Positions 29,502-32,000 of a stretch of DNA of 32,000 bases are shown here, piece by piece. This DNA comes from Escherichia coli (GTDB lineage: Bacteria; Pseudomonadota; Gammaproteobacteria; Enterobacterales; Enterobacteriaceae): assembly GCF_048572675.1 (NCBI RefSeq), contig NZ_CP123346.1, one strand, 5' to 3'. The notes under the pieces were generated by a model. It saw nothing but the letters and a program-made list of their open reading frames with translations, was not told the DNA's origin and made no database searches. Made by a program: the position numbers and the translations under genes. Position 1 is the stretch's first letter, and every line of letters starts with the position of its first letter.

Positions 29502-29572
29502 GCAACCGAGCCCGATCCTCTGTTTCTCCGCCGCCGATTTCAGGCATGTGAGTTTCACGGTCGGGCCTTTTA
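29502..29572 (+). ncRNA. Candidate Abi-associated small structured RNA
   Basis: GCCCGATC (29510-29517) pairs GGTCGGGC (29559-29566) followed by CTTTT; internal GTGA-GTT-TCAC hairpin (29548-29558); lies directly upstream of an Abi_2-family gene. Confidence 0.6.
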
Positions 29573-29592
29573 TTATCTTTTGTTTCGCCACT

Positions 29593-30570
29593 ATGATTGC
29601 CGCAAAGCCTCATAAGGACTATCACGAATTGCTAGGATTGCTACTTGAACGTGGCATGATTATCAATGATCGAAATCGTGCGATACGTAAGCTGTCGCAG
29701 GTTGGATATTATCGATTGTCAGGTTTTTGGTACCCATCAAGAATTATTGCGACAACAGATAAAGGTCTTTCGTACAGAACAGACCGATTTCTTGCTGGTA
29801 CCAGTTTCGAGAAGACGTACGATCTATATCTTTTTGACAAAAAACTGCGTCTTTTGATGATTGATGCTATCGAAAGAATAGAGATTCATGTTCGTTCAGT
29901 CATCGCGCATGAGGTTGGTCGCAATGATCCACTTGCCTACATGTCATCAAAATACATTAATCCAAAATTCTCATCTGCCTTCGAGCATTGGGTGTATAAG
30001 CAAAAAGTAAAATTAGACGAAAGCAGAGATGACTGTATTGAATGGCATCGAAGCCAAGGCAAGGAGATTCCATTTTGGGTGGCGGTGGAGACCTGGGATT
30101 TTGGTCAGATGTCTAAATATTATGCGATGCTTAATGGTCATATGCAGGGGAAAATTATACGTCGTTTTGGCATTGATAATAAGCAGACATTTGCAAAATG
30201 GTTGAAGTGCCTTAATCTCATAAGGAATCGTTGCGCTCACCATTCCAGAATATGGAATAGAAAGCATCCCCGAGTTCCAGTACCGGATAATGAATACTTT
30301 GACGGACTTAATCTCCATCCAGAGAGTTGCGAGAGGATTTTTAGCGCGATCTGTATTATCTGGTACTTAGTTAAACAACTTGGTCCGGGATCAACATGGC
30401 TTCGGCAAATTGCAGACCTTATTGACTCTAAACCAAATGTTCCCGGATGTGGATATGATTCAATGGGTTTACCTGCTAAAGGATTCCCACGAGAGAGATT
30501 CTCTCAGGACTTAGGTTTTGTTATCGCCGACAACGACCCTGTAGCTGAAGGGCGGAAAGGGAGCGATTGA
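29593..30570 (+). CDS. Abi family protein (AbiD/AbiF-like, Abi_2) abortive-infection / toxin candidate
   Basis: ORF 29548..30570 opens with GTG inside the RNA hairpin; ATG at 29593 more plausible. HKDYHELLGLLLERGMIINDRNRAIRKLSQVGYYRLSGFWYPSR is typical Abi_2; Rx4H HEPN-type motif in LIRNRCAHHSRIWN (30223-30240). Confidence 0.88.
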   Translation: MIAAKPHKDYHELLGLLLERGMIINDRNRAIRKLSQVGYYRLSGFWYPSRIIATTDKGLSYRTDRFLAGTSFEKTYDLYLFDKKLRLLMIDAIERIEIHVRSVIAHEVGRNDPLAYMSSKYINPKFSSAFEHWVYKQKVKLDESRDDCIEWHRSQGKEIPFWVAVETWDFGQMSKYYAMLNGHMQGKIIRRFGIDNKQTFAKWLKCLNLIRNRCAHHSRIWNRKHPRVPVPDNEYFDGLNLHPESCERIFSAICIIWYLVKQLGPGSTWLRQIADLIDSKPNVPGCGYDSMGLPAKGFPRERFSQDLGFVIADNDPVAEGRKGSD

Positions 30571-30599
30571 GCGATAAATATCATTTATACACTGATCAA

Positions 30600-31028
30600 T
30601 TACTGAAGCAGCGTATTGATTCTTTTAATATTGTTACCCTGACGCTTCCACGCGCTGTAAATGTCTTTATCCCACGCTTTACCAGCTTTTGTTTGGTAGC
30701 CTGCTTCATTGAGCCGTTCAGCTATCACACGCCCATTATCAAATCCCTGTCGGATGGTATCGGCAATGATCTTTATAACTGCCGTTTCGTTATATGGCTT
30801 TGGTGGGATGTTCGGCTTTCCGGCAATAAGCGATGCTGCGGCTTTTTCCATGCGCTCCACCAGCCCAAGCATTCGTGAATCAATAGACTTTTCCGTCTGT
30901 CCCAGCTTCATGCGAATCGCATCAACAAGCCAGGAGGTTTTATCCCCTCCAGAAGCGAGAACAGACCGATTAAACTCATCCTGCAATTCAGATGGGATGC
31001 GGAACGCGATCAGATTAGATTTGCTCAT
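30600..31028 (-). CDS. Putative regulator with RHH-like N-terminus and recombinase-helix-like C-terminus
   Basis: MSKSNLIAFRIPSELQDEFNRSVLASGGDKTSWLVDAIRMKL... and ...NGRVIAERLNEAGYQTKAGKAWDKDIYSAWKR; likely start at minus-strand ATG 31028. Confidence 0.65.
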   Translation of the reverse strand: MSKSNLIAFRIPSELQDEFNRSVLASGGDKTSWLVDAIRMKLGQTEKSIDSRMLGLVERMEKAAASLIAGKPNIPPKPYNETAVIKIIADTIRQGFDNGRVIAERLNEAGYQTKAGKAWDKDIYSAWKRQGNNIKRINTLLQ

Positions 31029-31059
31029 TGCAAAGACCATATCAGTGAGTAATATCCAT

Positions 31060-31089
31060 ACAGTATACCACTGTATAACACTGTTATAC
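31060..31089. promoter_or_regulatory. Putative operator of the RHH-like gene
   Basis: ACAGT atacc ACTGT overlapping perfect inverted repeat GTATAAC act GTTATAC (31073-31089). Confidence 0.5.
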
Positions 31090-31142
31090 GCTCAAATATC
31101 AGCCAGAAAATAACGGACCAATCACAAATCTATCGCTGTGTT

Positions 31143-31270
31143 GTTGGTTCAGAGCTGGGCTGTGTTGGTTCAAAATGAGTTGATGTTGGTTCAATATTTT
31201 AGAAAAAACACAATAAAAACAACGCTCTTTACAAATTGAACCAACTGAACCAACTGAACCAACACCTTTT
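31143..31270. repeat. Iteron cluster 2 (candidate crr-like element), inverted relative to cluster 1
   Basis: GTTGGTTCA at 31143, 31164, 31185 (exact 21-bp spacing) and tandem TGAACCAAC at 31237, 31246, 31255; exact 44-bp block shared with cluster 1 in reverse complement. Confidence 0.85.
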
Positions 31271-31299
31271 TGCTTATCTATATAATCTGAGAGGCAGAA

Positions 31300-31581
31300 A
31301 TGATAAGGGACAGGAAAGCTGAAGAGCTGGAGTCAAAAGGGCTATACCGGAGAGCTGCCGCACGATGGGCAGAAGTCATGCTGTTATGCACCGAGGACGA
31401 TGATCGGGAATGGATAAAGCGCCGCCGTGAAACGTGTCTGGAGAACGTGAAGCGCCCGCCCGTGAAGGTTGAGGACTTTGGCGACATGCATAAAGCTGTT
31501 ACCGAAACGCAACACCGCATGGGGATAGCGCAACCGAACGGTAACGCCTTCCGGTTAAATGGCGGCAAGAGGCAAAGGTAG
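31300..31581 (+). CDS. PerC-family transcriptional activator-like protein
   Basis: 93 aa RKAEELESKGLYRRAAARWAEVMLLCTEDDDREWIKRRRETCLENVKRPP. Confidence 0.8.
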   Translation: MIRDRKAEELESKGLYRRAAARWAEVMLLCTEDDDREWIKRRRETCLENVKRPPVKVEDFGDMHKAVTETQHRMGIAQPNGNAFRLNGGKRQR

Positions 31582-31715
31582 ACCACCAGCGGGGAGGGGG
31601 TAGTCAAATCTCTACAGCCCTGACTGTCCGGGACTGCCCGCCCCATCGTTTTTTTATACCCGCGAAAAATGAAATTTAATCCGGGCGTGTTTCATCCTTC
31701 CATAGGGTATGACGT

Positions 31716-31877
31716 ATGACACCACGCGAAATAGCCTTATTGACCATCGCCAAACTTGAGCACGGAGGCCACCAGCTTACACAGGTAGATCAACGGGAGA
31801 TAGAACGCTCAGTTAATGCCGATATAGCCCGTCGCGACAGGTTCCGCGAAATGATGCGAGCACCTGCCTACCAGTGA
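31716..31877 (+). CDS. Small hypothetical protein following the PerC-like gene
   Basis: 53 aa MTPREIALLTIAKLEHGGHQLTQVDQREIERSVNADIARRDRFREMMRAPAYQ. Confidence 0.5.
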   Translation: MTPREIALLTIAKLEHGGHQLTQVDQREIERSVNADIARRDRFREMMRAPAYQ

Positions 31878-32000
31878 AAGAAGCCAGCGCCGCGCAGGTA
31901 GATATGGGATTATTCCACATGTAACTTATGCGTATTAAGCAAATTTCCTTTATTCACCTTTACAGAATTGTGAGTACGTCAGTATCGTTATCCTTCCGAT

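Larger units (their letters stand above)
13607..32000. mobile_element. P4-like/phage-chimeric integrative element inserted at thrW (right end beyond window)
   Basis: Begins at tRNA 3' end with P4-type integrase, then AlpA, antirepressor, P4 alpha-like primase, iterons and P22-like ejection genes; no second attachment copy seen by eye before 32000. Confidence 0.85.

Noticed and set aside
29548-29592. GTG start extending the Abi protein N-terminus
   Set aside because: Would place codons in the terminator-like hairpin, and the sequence VSFTVGPFIIFCFAT is not Abi-like; ATG 29593 preferred, although this is not proven.
30709-31113. 134-aa minus-strand ORF
   Set aside because: Alternative frame of the better-supported RHH-like gene 30600-31028 and covers its operator.
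22794-31270. The two inverted 44-bp blocks as ends of a transposon
   Set aside because: They consist mainly of 9-bp iterons, lie internal to a P4-like replicon next to alpha, and no transposase or target-site duplication is seen.
31278-31646. 122-aa minus-strand ORF
   Set aside because: Antisense to the PerC-like gene and less convincing than it.
13607-32000. CRISPR array, retron or DGR
   Set aside because: No spaced identical direct repeats of CRISPR type, no reverse transcriptase, no cas-like ORFs in the supplied frames.

Overview
Enterobacterial chromosome, almost certainly Escherichia coli. Left part (1-13607): lafT-like and lafU stator genes, a dinB broken by a 10-nt deletion, yafN-yafO-yafP, an intact rtcB-like/prfH operon, pepD, gpt, frsA, crl, phoE, proB, proA and tRNA-Thr (thrW). 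From thrW to the right edge (and beyond the window) lies a chimeric P4-like integrative element: tyrosine integrase, AlpA, AntA/AntB-type antirepressor, an Ash/Icd-like region with a P4 CI / P1 C4-like RNA architecture, a chain of overlapping small genes, and a P4 alpha-like primase/helicase. Next to alpha is an iteron cluster (3 tandem + 3 inverted GTTGGTTCA). A second cluster, sharing an exact 44-bp block in inverted orientation, lies 8.2 kb away, which resembles P4 ori/crr. Between the clusters are a P22-like 14-7-20-16 DNA-ejection block without capsid, portal or terminase genes, a SieA-positioned 4-TM membrane protein, a repeat-rich gene-poor tract, and an AbiD/F (Abi_2, HEPN-motif) gene directly preceded by a compact predicted small RNA. 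An RHH-like regulator and a PerC-like activator follow. Best leads: the Abi/ncRNA pair, the inverted iteron clusters, the ejection-protein cargo with a possible exclusion protein, and the CI/C4-like RNA switch.
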